From positions 1 to 42,732 of the forward strand of contig CABSRC010000001.1 of the NCBI GenBank assembly GCA_902480035.1: 42,732 nt of DNA. The letters are read 5' to 3'. Both the position numbers and the translations under genes were made by a program. Positions 1 through 9,739 of the stretch are shown piece after piece (positions within the stretch are counted from its first letter, which is position 1; each line of letters opens with the position of its first letter). Source of the stretch: an uncultured Streptococcus sp. (GTDB lineage Bacteria > Bacillota > Bacilli > Lactobacillales > Streptococcaceae). The notes under the pieces are model-generated. The model had not been told where the DNA came from, searched no databases, and worked only from the letters and a program-made list of their open reading frames with translations.

Positions 1-1723
1 CTTCTGATAATTGTTGGGCTTGGTAGGTTTCATAGTACCAACCTTTTTGAGCCATTAATTCCTCGTGATTTCCGCGCTCCTTGATTTGACCATTCTCCAT
101 TACCAGAATCAAATCCGCATGAACGATAGCGGATAAGCGATGGGCTGTGATCATGGTTGTTTTCCCCTTGCGTTCCTGCTTCATATTTTCGATGATCTGG
201 TGCTCCGTCTTCGCATCTACTGCAGAGAGGGAATCATCCAGAAGCAAGATCTCAGGATTCATGACCAAAGCACGACTCATGGCAATCCGTTGCTTTTGCC
301 CGCCAGAAAGAGAGACCCCTCTCTCACCGAGCACTGTCTCCATCTGATCTGGCATGGCTAAGATATCCTCATAGACCCCACAGTTTCTCAGAGCTTTTAT
401 CATCTCTTCTTCCTTAATCTGTGGATCCGAAAAAGCCACATTTTCGCGAATAGTCATGGCAAAGAGAATCTGATCTTGGGGAACATAGCCGATCAAGCTA
501 CGAAGATCTTCTAAGCGATAATCTTTGATAGAGATACCATTTAATAAGATCTCTCCCTGCTCCAAGTCATGCTCTCTGAGTAAGAGGCGCAACAAGGTGG
601 TCTTTCCAGATCCAGTCGGCCCAACAATTCCAAGAGTTTGGCCTTTTTCTAAATGAAAAGCAACCTTTTTAAGAACAGGCTCTTTCTCATAGGCGAATTC
701 TTTCATGTCATATTCCAAATCTCCATTTTGGATTTCTCTAACTGGATGACTTGGATCTTGGATTTCAGGTGTTTCTGCTAAAAGTGTCTCAATTCGGTCA
801 TACGAGACGCTAGCTCTCTGACTAATATTAAATAAGAAGCCCATGGCTTGAAGGGGCCACACGAGCATATTGAGATAGGTGATAAAGGTTACGATTTGTC
901 CAACTGTCAAGCTTCCTTCCTGGACGAAAAGGCCCCCGAAGTAAAGGGTCAAGACATAAGAGAGACCGACAAAAAGAAGAGTGGTCGGATCAAACAAGGC
1001 ATTGTAACTGGCGGAAGTCATATTCTTTGAAAAGACCATTTGATTGGTCTTTTCAAAAGCCTGAATCTCATCTGCCTGAAAACCAAAGGATTTGGTTACC
1101 TTGACTCCTGATACTGATTCCTGCACAAAGTTGTTGAGCTCCGAGAAGCCTTCTTGAGCTTCTTTGAAGGCTTGGTGGTTTTTGCGCCCAATAGCCGACG
1201 TCACTACCACCATAACCGGTAGGGGCAAAATAGCCAAGAGGGTTAAGCGCCAATCAATCATGAAAAACATGCTGACCAGGGTCACCAAGGCTGTGACAGA
1301 CGCATCCACTGCAGACATAACCCCACCACCGGCAAACATGGTCACCGCATTGATATCATTGGTAGCATGGGCCATGAGATCCCCTGTCCGATAACTCTGA
1401 TAAAAAGACGGTGACATGAGCGTAAAGTGCTTGAACAAACGGTAACGCAAAATCCGAGCTAACTTATTGGCCGTCCCAAAAATATAGCGTCTCCAGACAA
1501 AACGAAGTCCATACATGGCAAGAGCTGCTAGGACTAGAAATCCAATATTCATGACCAACTGACTCAGGGTCAGCCTTCTTTTATCGATCAAATCGATCAC
1601 AAGTCCCATGATTCTTGGAGGAATGAGATTTAAAAAACTAACCAGAATCAAGGAGCCTATCCCGATGAAGTAACGCTTCTTCTCTAATTTAAAAAACCAA
1701 GATAATTTCCCTAACAGATGCAT
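1..1723 (-). CDS. ABC exporter subunit (TMD+NBD fusion, YheI/BmrC-like half of a heterodimeric multidrug exporter); truncated at the left window edge
   Basis: Manual translation from ATG at 1723: MHLLGKLSWFFKLEKKRYFIGIGSLILVSFLNLIPPRIMG...; Walker A GPTGSGKT (~600-625), signature LSGGQKQR (~285-315), Walker B LLLDD (D instead of catalytic E, typical of the degenerate half). No stop inside the window, hence absent from the ORF track. Confidence 0.9.
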   Translation of the reverse strand, partial: MHLLGKLSWFFKLEKKRYFIGIGSLILVSFLNLIPPRIMGLVIDLIDKRRLTLSQLVMNIGFLVLAALAMYGLRFVWRRYIFGTANKLARILRYRLFKHFTLMSPSFYQSYRTGDLMAHATNDINAVTMFAGGGVMSAVDASVTALVTLVSMFFMIDWRLTLLAILPLPVMVVVTSAIGRKNHQAFKEAQEGFSELNNFVQESVSGVKVTKSFGFQADEIQAFEKTNQMVFSKNMTSASYNALFDPTTLLFVGLSYVLTLYFGGLFVQEGSLTVGQIVTFITYLNMLVWPLQAMGFLFNISQRASVSYDRIETLLAETPEIQDPSHPVREIQNGDLEYDMKEFAYEKEPVLKKVAFHLEKGQTLGIVGPTGSGKTTLLRLLLREHDLEQGEILLNGISIKDYRLEDLRSLIGYVPQDQILFAMTIRENVAFSDPQIKEEEMIKALRNCGVYEDILAMPDQMETVLGERGVSLSGGQKQRIAMSRALVMNPEILLLDDSLSAVDAKTEHQIIENMKQERKGKTTMITAHRLSAIVHADLILVMENGQIKERGNHEELMAQKGWYYETYQAQQLSE

Positions 1724-1724
1724 C

Positions 1725-2390
1725 TTATTTCCCCTTTTTGGTGAGCTGCCAGCTACTATCCACTAGAGCAAACAACTCCTCATCAGCAATTGTTCCATCG
1801 AGCGGGATACTCACCCAATATTTTTTATTCATATGAAAAGCTGGATAAATCCCCTTTTGTTGAATGAACTGAGCTACTTGATCAGACTTGACATTCAAAA
1901 CTTCTATTTTCCCTGACTTGCCAGCATCCAGTTTGTTCCAATCAATGGTCATAAAGACTCCATACCACTTGAGGGTGTCTCGGTGGCGAATCGCACCAGA
2001 TTCAGGAGATCTTTCCCACAAATATTCAATCGTTCCCTGATAGTGTAGGGAAATATAGGCCATGAGACGCTTGGTTTGAGGATAGAGAAAATCTTCTACC
2101 TCAAAACAGGCTTGGCGAATCCTTGCAAGACATTCTTGACAGGCTTCTCTGACTTTGCCAACGAAATTTCCTTGTAGCTGTTCCAGATGGATCTGGATAT
2201 ACTCGTCCCCTGTATCCTGATCATAGACCCGAAAGGAAATCTTCTGGTCGCAGACTCGGAACTTTAAGAGAAATGGGGCCGAAAAGACGGGGCACTGATA
2301 CTCATAGCCTGCCTCTAATTTCTCAAATCCATAAGCCATTCCCTTTTCTGGCTGAAAAGTGTAGCGGTCAAAATAATTCTCTAAAAACAT
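1725..2390 (-). CDS. MmcQ/YjbR family protein with N-terminal extension
   Basis: C-terminal YPAFHMNKKYWVSI motif and KWYG...LNVK segment typical of MmcQ/YjbR; start moved to MFLENYF (ATG 2390) behind a GGAGAG SD. Confidence 0.8.
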   Translation of the reverse strand: MFLENYFDRYTFQPEKGMAYGFEKLEAGYEYQCPVFSAPFLLKFRVCDQKISFRVYDQDTGDEYIQIHLEQLQGNFVGKVREACQECLARIRQACFEVEDFLYPQTKRLMAYISLHYQGTIEYLWERSPESGAIRHRDTLKWYGVFMTIDWNKLDAGKSGKIEVLNVKSDQVAQFIQQKGIYPAFHMNKKYWVSIPLDGTIADEELFALVDSSWQLTKKGK

Positions 2391-2492
2391 TTTCTCTCCC
2401 TTATTCATTTTTGCACTAGAAGAGGCTGGGAACAACGTCCCCAACCTTGATAACGGATCCTCAAAACGAACTAAAGCAGTGATCGTTTCTTT

Positions 2493-3128
2493 TTAAAACA
2501 CGATGCGTGTGCCATGCAGTTGACAAACGTCCAATTGTTCCAAAAAAAGTGCACGATTTTCTACCGTCACACCTCCACCTGGCAAGATCTGAATCTTTCC
2601 CTTAGCCGCAGCTAATAAACGATGGTAATGTTCAAAGCGTTGCTCTAGTGTTGCGTCTAGACTTCCAGCTCGTGTTAAAATGCGGTCTACACCATGGATA
2701 GAAAGCCATTCAATCGCTTCTAGCTGATCTGTATGAGCTAACTCATCAAAAGCCATATGAAAGACAACCTCTGCCTCTCCACAGGCTGCTAGTAAAAGCT
2801 GCATGACTCTCTGGTCCAACTTTCGATCGCCCGTCAGCGCACCCAGCACAAAACTAGAAACCCCTATTTCCTTCGCAGCCCGAATATCCGCTAGCATAGC
2901 TTGAACTTCAAAATCTGTGTAGACAAAGTCTCCACCACGGGGCCGGATAATGACACATAGATCCACAGACTGCTCTCTTGTCAGTTTAATTGCTTCCTGG
3001 ATCACCCCTAAGCTCGGTGTGGTCCCACCTACTGCCAGGTTGTCACACAGTTCAATGCGACCTGCCCCAGCAGCAATCGCCTTATCAATAAACGTTAAAT
3101 TCTCTGCACAAAATTCAAAGATAAGCAT
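2493..3128 (-). CDS. cutC: Copper homeostasis protein CutC
   Basis: EFCAEN, RIELCDNLAVGGTTPS, IRPRGGDFVY and FHMAFD motifs. Confidence 0.95.
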   Translation of the reverse strand: MLIFEFCAENLTFIDKAIAAGAGRIELCDNLAVGGTTPSLGVIQEAIKLTREQSVDLCVIIRPRGGDFVYTDFEVQAMLADIRAAKEIGVSSFVLGALTGDRKLDQRVMQLLLAACGEAEVVFHMAFDELAHTDQLEAIEWLSIHGVDRILTRAGSLDATLEQRFEHYHRLLAAAKGKIQILPGGGVTVENRALFLEQLDVCQLHGTRIVF

Positions 3129-3149
3129 GACAACTCCATTTTCATAGTC

Positions 3150-3752
3150 TTAAAATAAGGATATACTAACCGTCACCTTGGCATTGCCATTTTCTACTCG
3201 CGCTTTTGAGATAGTATAACCTGCTTGAGGGATCTCAAGCGTAATCTGATCACCGTTCACTGTGAAGCCGCCTCCATTTTGATTGGATTGATCCTTCAAA
3301 TAGTTGAGAACTAAGGATTTTGGAATCGGCATTTTCCCTAATTTAGCAGCTGTCACAGTCAAATTCATGACATTGTTTTCAACTTGACCTGTCATGGTTA
3401 AATCTAGATAGCTATCGACTGGCCCTAAGGAAACAGGAACTTTGACGTGAAGGTCATTGCCATCCATTCCAAGTGCCAACTTTTGAAAGTCAGAATTGTC
3501 AAGAGCAGATCCAGCACTTGTTTTTACAACTTGACTCAATTGCACAGAATTGAGACTCAACTCAGTTGAGAGCCCTTCAGTGCTTACAGAAGCATTTGAA
3601 ACTGCATTTTGAGCCAGTTCAATCAAAGAGTTCCCTGCCTGCACATTTCTCAGCTGCTCCCCTTCAGGGATGGATCCAGGAACCAACAGGATCACTAATA
3701 AAATAAATAAAACGATCACCATGCCAATCAGGCGTCTCATCCACTTAAACAT
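3150..3752 (-). CDS. Hypothetical membrane-anchored extracellular protein (possibly YpmS/DUF2140-like)
   Basis: ATG at 3752 behind GGAGGAG SD; basic N-terminus, one hydrophobic helix, then a beta-rich domain ending with a KLGKMPIPKSLVLNYL motif. Confidence 0.65.
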   Translation of the reverse strand: MFKWMRRLIGMVIVLFILLVILLVPGSIPEGEQLRNVQAGNSLIELAQNAVSNASVSTEGLSTELSLNSVQLSQVVKTSAGSALDNSDFQKLALGMDGNDLHVKVPVSLGPVDSYLDLTMTGQVENNVMNLTVTAAKLGKMPIPKSLVLNYLKDQSNQNGGGFTVNGDQITLEIPQAGYTISKARVENGNAKVTVSISLF

Positions 3753-3835
3753 CTGCTCCTCCAATACGTGAAAAGTTGTATTCTTATTGTACCTTAAATC
3801 CAAAGAAATTGCGACTAAGAGGGGCCTTTAGAAAG

Positions 3836-3866
3836 CAAAAGAGACCGAGGAAACCTCGCATCTCTC
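3836..3866 (-). terminator. Intrinsic terminator after the nucleoside ABC permease genes
   Basis: Minus strand GAGATGCGAGG-TTT-CCTCGGTCTC followed by TTTT. Confidence 0.6.
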
Positions 3867-3872
3867 TGTGCA

Positions 3873-4829
3873 TTATTTCGATTTAATGTAGTTAACACCA
3901 TCTGCTTTTGGTGCAACTGCTTGTCCGAAGAAGGCTGCCAAGACAACCATGGTCAAGACGTAAGGCGCAATTTGCAAGTAGATGGATGGGATCCCTTTAA
4001 GCAAAGGCAATTGATTCCCGATGACCGCCAAACTCTGTGAAGCTCCAAAGAAGAGACTAGCCAACATGGCACCGATTGGGTTCCATTTCCCGAAGATCAT
4101 AGCCGCAAGGGCGATAAATCCAGGACCTACAATTGTAGTTACTGCAAAGTTAACAGAAACTGACTGAGCGTAAATAGCTCCTCCGATACCTGCTAAGGCA
4201 CCTGAGATCATCACTCCTAGGTAGCGCATTCTATAAACATTGATTCCCAATGTATCTGCTGCTTGTGGATGTTCACCTACTGAACGAAGACGCAAACCAA
4301 ATTTTGTCTTGAACATGATAAACCATGCAGCAAATGAGAAGAGAATCGCAACCCAGCCGATGATGCTGGCATTGTTGAAGAAAATATCCCCAATGACCGG
4401 GATTTTAGATAAGACCGGAATGGATGTTTTCCCGAAGGCAACTTTGATATTATCAGTTTGCCCTTTGTTGTACATCGCTTTAACAAGGAAGACCGCGAGT
4501 GGTGGTGCCATTAAGTTCAATACCGTACCTGAGACGATATGGTCAGCACGGAAATGAATCGTTGCCACTGCGTGGATCAAGGAGAAAAGTACTCCAATTC
4601 CTGCAGCAACAATCAAGGACAACCATGGTGTCATATTCCCTAAGGTAGGCTCAAAAGTCAAGTTAAAGATAATTCCTGAGAAGGCTCCCATAACCATGAT
4701 TCCTTCAAGGCCAACGTTAACAACCCCAGCGTGTTCTGAGTATGCTCCTCCGATACTTGTGAAGATCAGCGGCGCCGCATACACAATCATAGAGGAAACA
4801 AGAATACTTAAAATCGTTACAATACTCAT
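3873..4829 (-). CDS. rnsD: Nucleoside ABC transporter permease 2 (RnsD/NupC-type)
   Basis: SEHAGVVNVGLEGIM and GLRLRSVGEHPQAADTLGINV motifs; operon context. Confidence 0.9.
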   Translation of the reverse strand: MSIVTILSILVSSMIVYAAPLIFTSIGGAYSEHAGVVNVGLEGIMVMGAFSGIIFNLTFEPTLGNMTPWLSLIVAAGIGVLFSLIHAVATIHFRADHIVSGTVLNLMAPPLAVFLVKAMYNKGQTDNIKVAFGKTSIPVLSKIPVIGDIFFNNASIIGWVAILFSFAAWFIMFKTKFGLRLRSVGEHPQAADTLGINVYRMRYLGVMISGALAGIGGAIYAQSVSVNFAVTTIVGPGFIALAAMIFGKWNPIGAMLASLFFGASQSLAVIGNQLPLLKGIPSIYLQIAPYVLTMVVLAAFFGQAVAPKADGVNYIKSK

Positions 4830-5890
4830 TAGTTTGCTCCTCCTTTTTTAGCTGATCGCATCGAGATCATCTTTTCGATAATGTAGTGGGCACATACGAA
4901 GAAGATAATAGATGCTGTCACAATTTGAACGACTTCTTCAGGGATAGCAGCTGGCTTCATACCAACTCCCCCAATTTGAAGCGCTCCAAACAAGAAGGCA
5001 GCAAATGGAATACCAATTGGTGAATTCATCGCAAGAAGGGCAACGGCCATTCCGTTAAATCCAACACTCATTGAGCTAGTTTGAACATAGACATTTGAGT
5101 AAATACCCAGACCTTCTGCTACTCCACCGATACCAGCAAGAGCACCAGAAATGATCATAGAAAGGATAATGGTCCGTTTTGCAGACATCCCTGCGTATTC
5201 TGCCGCATTCGCATTGAGACCAACGGCACGGATTTCAAAACCAAGTGTTGTTTTCTTCATCAAGAACCAGATGACTACCACTGCGATGATGGCAAAGAAA
5301 ATCCCGATGTTCATTTGAGATTTATCCGTCAAATTACGCAACCACTCCGTCTGGTAGACAGCATTGGCTCCCACATCAATAGTTGAGTCCTTGTTTTTCA
5401 TCAAGGAAGCTGGGAAGCTATGGATCAGGGCATTCCCACCATAGAGAACAATGTAGTTCATCATAATGGTGATGATCACCTCACTGGTTCCAAGATAAGC
5501 ACGAAGGAAACCTGGAATCGCTCCAATAAATCCACCGGCAATAGCCGCAATCAAAACGGTCATCGGAATCATCAGTAAGCGAGGCATATTTGGGAAGGAA
5601 AGGGCAAACCAAGTCGCCATGATCCATCCTGCAAAAGCCTGACCAGGAAGTCCAACGTTAAAGAAACCGGCCCGGCTAGCTACTGAAAATCCAAGAGCAA
5701 CTAAAATCAATGGCCCCATAGCACGGGAAATATTACCCCAACTCTTAATCGAACCAAAGGCTTTCTTAAACAGCAATTCATATCCCCAAAGGGCATCATA
5801 GCTGAAGGCCCACATAATAATGGCACCCAAGACCAATCCTAAAAGGACAGACACCAATGGAACGGCAATTTGTTTTAAATTCTTATTCAT
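4829..5890 (-). CDS. rnsC: Nucleoside ABC transporter permease 1 (RnsC/NupB-type)
   Basis: GFFNVGLPGQ, SEVIITIMMNY and GFEIRAVGLN..AAEYAGM motifs. Confidence 0.9.
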   Translation of the reverse strand: MNKNLKQIAVPLVSVLLGLVLGAIIMWAFSYDALWGYELLFKKAFGSIKSWGNISRAMGPLILVALGFSVASRAGFFNVGLPGQAFAGWIMATWFALSFPNMPRLLMIPMTVLIAAIAGGFIGAIPGFLRAYLGTSEVIITIMMNYIVLYGGNALIHSFPASLMKNKDSTIDVGANAVYQTEWLRNLTDKSQMNIGIFFAIIAVVVIWFLMKKTTLGFEIRAVGLNANAAEYAGMSAKRTIILSMIISGALAGIGGVAEGLGIYSNVYVQTSSMSVGFNGMAVALLAMNSPIGIPFAAFLFGALQIGGVGMKPAAIPEEVVQIVTASIIFFVCAHYIIEKMISMRSAKKGGAN

Positions 5891-7418
5891 TTGATGCTCC
5901 CTCCTTTACTTGTCCACCTGCCATGAGGATTCCAAGTTCTTGCTTATTCGTTGTTTCAGGGGTTACGATCCCTTGGATCTTCCCATCATGAATAACCGCA
6001 ATACGGTCAGAAACATTCAAAATTTCATCCAATTCAAAGCTGACAACCAGAACGGCTTTTCCATTATCCCGTTCTTGAATCAAACGTTTGTGGATATATT
6101 CAATCGCTCCGACGTCCAAACCACGAGTTGGCTGGCTGACGATCAAGAGATCTGGATCGCGATCGATTTCCCGAGCGATAATGGCTTTTTGCTGGTTTCC
6201 TCCAGAAAGAGCCTTAGCTGGTACCACTTCACTAGCTGCACGAACGTCAAACTCTTCCATGAGCTTCTTGGCATAAGAGGTAATATTTGGATAATTCAAA
6301 ATACCATTCTTGCTAAGAGGTTCTTTATAGTAAGTTTGAAGAGCAAAGTTTTCAGAGATCATCATATCAAGGACCAAACCATCCCGGTGACGGTCTTCAG
6401 GGACGTGTCCTACCTTCATTTCTGTGATTTGACGTGGGCGAAGTCCTACAACATCCTTGCCTTTAATCTTGATTGAACCGGATTTTACCTTCCGCAGACC
6501 TGTAATGGCTTGGATCAACTCAGATTGACCATTTCCATCAATCCCTGCGATCCCAACGATTTCACCAGCACGAAGTTCTAAGGAAAGATTCTTAACAGCT
6601 GGGACTCCCCGATTTTCATTCACGACCAAGTTTTCGATCGACAAGACCACTTCTTTTGGTTCAGAAGGACCTTTTTCAGTCTTAAAGGAAACAGAACGAC
6701 CGACCATCATTTCGGCCAAATCTTGGTTGGTTGCTCCACCAATCTCGACTGTTTCAATAGATTTCCCACGACGGATAACCGTTACGCGGTCTGAAACAGC
6801 ACGGATTTCATCCAACTTGTGCGTAATCAAGATGATTGATTTTCCTTCATTCGCCAAGTTCTTCATGATTGTCATCAATTCTTCGATTTCAGCTGGTGTC
6901 AATACTGCAGTTGGTTCATCGAAGATTAGGATGTCGGCTCCACGATAAAGCGTCTTTAAGATTTCCACACGTTGCTGCGCACCAACGGAAATATCCTCAA
7001 CTTTAGCATTTGGATCTACTGCCAAGCCATATTTTTTAGACAATTCAAGGATATCTTGACTGGCTTTTTTAAGGTCCAAAATACCATGCTTCGTGGTTTC
7101 AGAACCAAGGATGATATTTTCAGCAACAGTGAAGGCTTCAACCAACATAAAGTGTTGGTGCACCATTCCAATTCCTAAAGAAGCTGCTTTTGAAGGTGAG
7201 TCTAGGTTAACAGTATTTCCATTTACCACGATGTCTCCGCTTGTTGGTTCCAACAAACCAGCTAGCATATTCATCAGGGTAGATTTTCCCGCACCATTTT
7301 CTCCAAGAAGTGCATGGATTTCACCTTTGCGCAACTGAAGATTAATCTTGTCATTTGCTACAAAGTCACCAAATTTTTTGGTAATCTCACGCATTTCGAT
7401 GACATATTCATGTGTCAT
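5883..7418 (-). CDS. rnsA: Nucleoside ABC transporter ATP-binding protein with two NBDs (RnsA/NupA-type)
   Basis: GENGAGKST, FDEPT, LSGGNQQK and QPTRGLD motifs; start MTHEY (7418) behind a GAAAGGA SD. Confidence 0.92.
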   Translation of the reverse strand: MTHEYVIEMREITKKFGDFVANDKINLQLRKGEIHALLGENGAGKSTLMNMLAGLLEPTSGDIVVNGNTVNLDSPSKAASLGIGMVHQHFMLVEAFTVAENIILGSETTKHGILDLKKASQDILELSKKYGLAVDPNAKVEDISVGAQQRVEILKTLYRGADILIFDEPTAVLTPAEIEELMTIMKNLANEGKSIILITHKLDEIRAVSDRVTVIRRGKSIETVEIGGATNQDLAEMMVGRSVSFKTEKGPSEPKEVVLSIENLVVNENRGVPAVKNLSLELRAGEIVGIAGIDGNGQSELIQAITGLRKVKSGSIKIKGKDVVGLRPRQITEMKVGHVPEDRHRDGLVLDMMISENFALQTYYKEPLSKNGILNYPNITSYAKKLMEEFDVRAASEVVPAKALSGGNQQKAIIAREIDRDPDLLIVSQPTRGLDVGAIEYIHKRLIQERDNGKAVLVVSFELDEILNVSDRIAVIHDGKIQGIVTPETTNKQELGILMAGGQVKEGASNE

Positions 7419-7448
7419 GTAGGTGTTTCCTTTCAAAAATTTTTTATT

Positions 7449-7534
7449 TCAATAAAATCTGTTAGACAACTAACAGATTTTATTGAGACAAAAATGTCTC
7501 ACTTTAAAAGAAACGGCCCTTATAGGGAGGGCCG
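7449..7534 (-). promoter_or_regulatory. Cluster of three hairpins between the BMP lipoprotein gene and the ATPase gene
   Basis: Perfect 17-bp inverted repeat TCAATAAAATCTGTTAG-ACAA-CTAACAGATTTTATTGA (7449-7486), GAGACA-AAAA-TGTCTC (7485-7500), CGGCCCT...AGGGCCG (7514-7534). Confidence 0.6.
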
Positions 7535-7546
7535 CCCAATCAAATA

Positions 7547-8608
7547 TTATTTTTCAGGAACTTTAAGAGACCCATCAAGGATTTTAGCTTTGGCATCTTC
7601 GACAGCTTTTTTAGCATCTGCAGAAAGGTTGTCAGTTGTCAAATCAACTCCACCATCTTTCAAGCTATAAGTAATCACTTCACCGCCAGGGAATTTACCG
7701 TCAGCAGCTTTCTTAGCCAAGTCTTTTACTGATTCTCCGACTTTCTTCAAGCTTGAAGCCAAGACAAAGTTAGATTTTTTACCATCTTTAGAAGTGTATT
7801 CACCTTCAGCTTTTTGGTCACGGTCAACACCAAGAACCCAAACTTTTTCGTCTTCATTTTTCTTCTCGTTCAAGTCTTTTGCTTCAGAGAAGACACCTGC
7901 TCCAGTACCACCAGCTACTTGGTAGATAACATCTGCACCTGCAGCGTATTGTGCAGCAGCAATTGTTTTACCTTTAGCAGAGTCACCGAATGAACCAGCG
8001 TAGTCTACTTGAACTTTGATAGATGGGTCAACAGATTTAACACCAGCTTCAAATCCAGCGCGGAAACGAGTGATAACTTCACTTTCCATACCACCTACAA
8101 AACCAACTTGTTTAGTTTTTGTAGTTTTCGCAGCAGCGATACCAGCAAGGTAACCAGCTTCGTTATCGGCATAAACGGCAGATGCTACGTTCTTTTGTCC
8201 TTCAATACGATCATCAATGATGACATAGTTAACATCTTCGTTGTCTTTTGCAGCTTTTTTAACTGAGTCGCTCAAGGCAAAACCAACACCAAAGATCAAT
8301 TTGTAGTCGTTAGAAACAGCTTCATCAAGGTTTGTCGCATATTGAGATTCATCTGTTGATTGGAAGTAGTCGAATCCGTTCCCTTTAGAAAGACCGTTTT
8401 CTTTCCCCCAAGCTTGCAAACCTTCCCAAGCAGATTGGTTGAATGATTTGTCATCCACACCACCAGTATCGGTAATAATAGCAGCTTTCAAATCAGTTTT
8501 TGATTCTGAGTTTGCGCTATCTTTTTTAGACGCACGATTTCCACATGCTGCAAGTCCGATAGCAGCGACAGTTACTAGACCAAGGCCTAGCCATTGTTTC
8601 TTGTTCAT
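7547..8608 (-). CDS. rnsB: BMP-family nucleoside-binding lipoprotein (RnsB/PnrA/TmpC-type)
   Basis: Lipobox LAAC, DTGGVDDKSFNQSAWEG motif; ATG 8608 behind AGGAGG. Confidence 0.93.
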   Translation of the reverse strand: MNKKQWLGLGLVTVAAIGLAACGNRASKKDSANSESKTDLKAAIITDTGGVDDKSFNQSAWEGLQAWGKENGLSKGNGFDYFQSTDESQYATNLDEAVSNDYKLIFGVGFALSDSVKKAAKDNEDVNYVIIDDRIEGQKNVASAVYADNEAGYLAGIAAAKTTKTKQVGFVGGMESEVITRFRAGFEAGVKSVDPSIKVQVDYAGSFGDSAKGKTIAAAQYAAGADVIYQVAGGTGAGVFSEAKDLNEKKNEDEKVWVLGVDRDQKAEGEYTSKDGKKSNFVLASSLKKVGESVKDLAKKAADGKFPGGEVITYSLKDGGVDLTTDNLSADAKKAVEDAKAKILDGSLKVPEK

Positions 8609-8683
8609 TACTGAACCTCCTAAATTATTGTGCAACATTGTTGCGAAGTATTGAAAGGGTCAAAAGACCGCCTCACAGACCAA

Positions 8684-9073
8684 CTAAGTCAAATCTGTAA
8701 AGGAATATGGAAGTAATTCCTTGACCGTCATCACGACCGTCGATTTATCTTTAGATACCAAAGTTACAGGCAGATCAGGCTCAAAAAATTCAGCCATGAC
8801 CTGGCGACAAGCACCACACGGAGAGACGGGCTTTTCTGTTTGCCCATAGACAATCAGCTCTTTGAACTCACGAGCTCCTTCAGAAACTGCTTTAAAAATA
8901 GCTGTCCGTTCCCCACAGTTGGTTAACCCAAAACTGGCATTTTCGATATTGACACCTGTATAGATCTGGTCATCCTTGGTCACAAGGACTGCACTAACTG
9001 GGAAATGAGAATAGGGCACATAAGCCTGCTGGCTCACTTCTACTGCTAAATTGATCAACTCAGTAGTCGCCAT
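8684..9073 (-). CDS. cdd: Cytidine deaminase
   Basis: [18 protein letters not shown] and SPCGACRQ zinc motifs. Confidence 0.97.
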   Translation of the reverse strand: MATTELINLAVEVSQQAYVPYSHFPVSAVLVTKDDQIYTGVNIENASFGLTNCGERTAIFKAVSEGAREFKELIVYGQTEKPVSPCGACRQVMAEFFEPDLPVTLVSKDKSTVVMTVKELLPYSFTDLT

Positions 9074-9722
9074 GAGCCACTTTTCCTTCCATGATGGCTA
9101 CACCAGAGGAAGTTCCGATACGGGTCGCACCAGCTTCGATAAATGCAAGAGCATCTTCATAAGAGCGAGCTCCACCAGAAGCTTTAACACCCATGTCTGG
9201 TCCAACTGTTTGACGCATTAAGGCTACATCTTCTACCGTCGCTCCTCCAGTTGAGAAACCAGTTGAAGTCTTCACAAAGTCAGCTCCAGCTGACTTAGCA
9301 ATCTGACAAGCAACGATCTTTTCATCGTCTGTTAAGAGACACGTCTCAATGATGACTTTGACCAGCTTATCACCGCTTGCTTCGACAACAGCTTGGATAT
9401 CTTCTTCAACTAGTGCTAAATTCTTAGACTTCAAAGCACCGATATTAATGACCATGTCAATTTCATCGGCACCGTTTTGAATAGCATTTTTTGTTTCACA
9501 CGCTTTGACAAAAGGGGTATTTGCTCCCAAAGGAAAACCAATGACGGTACAAACTTTAACGTCTGAATCGCGCAAGCCCTCAGCCGCAAAATTCACCCAT
9601 GTCGGGTTCACACAGACACTCGCAAAATCATATGCCTTAGCTTCTTCGATCAATTTTTCGATCTGTTCTTGTTGCGCATCTGGTTTTAAAAGAGTGTGAT
9701 CGATATATTTATTTAACTTCAT
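9060..9722 (-). CDS. deoC: Deoxyribose-phosphate aldolase
   Basis: [22 protein letters not shown] and RIGTSS motifs. Confidence 0.97.
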   Translation of the reverse strand: MKLNKYIDHTLLKPDAQQEQIEKLIEEAKAYDFASVCVNPTWVNFAAEGLRDSDVKVCTVIGFPLGANTPFVKACETKNAIQNGADEIDMVINIGALKSKNLALVEEDIQAVVEASGDKLVKVIIETCLLTDDEKIVACQIAKSAGADFVKTSTGFSTGGATVEDVALMRQTVGPDMGVKASGGARSYEDALAFIEAGATRIGTSSGVAIMEGKVAHGDY

Positions 9723-9739
9723 ATAATCTCCTGAGCTAC

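Noticed and set aside
140..1394. Short ORFs of the track in the first 1.4 kb
   Set aside because: They are antisense or off-frame shadows of the ABC exporter gene that runs off the left edge.
5910..6476. 188-aa plus-strand ORF
   Set aside because: Antisense to the ABC ATPase gene; no protein-like features.
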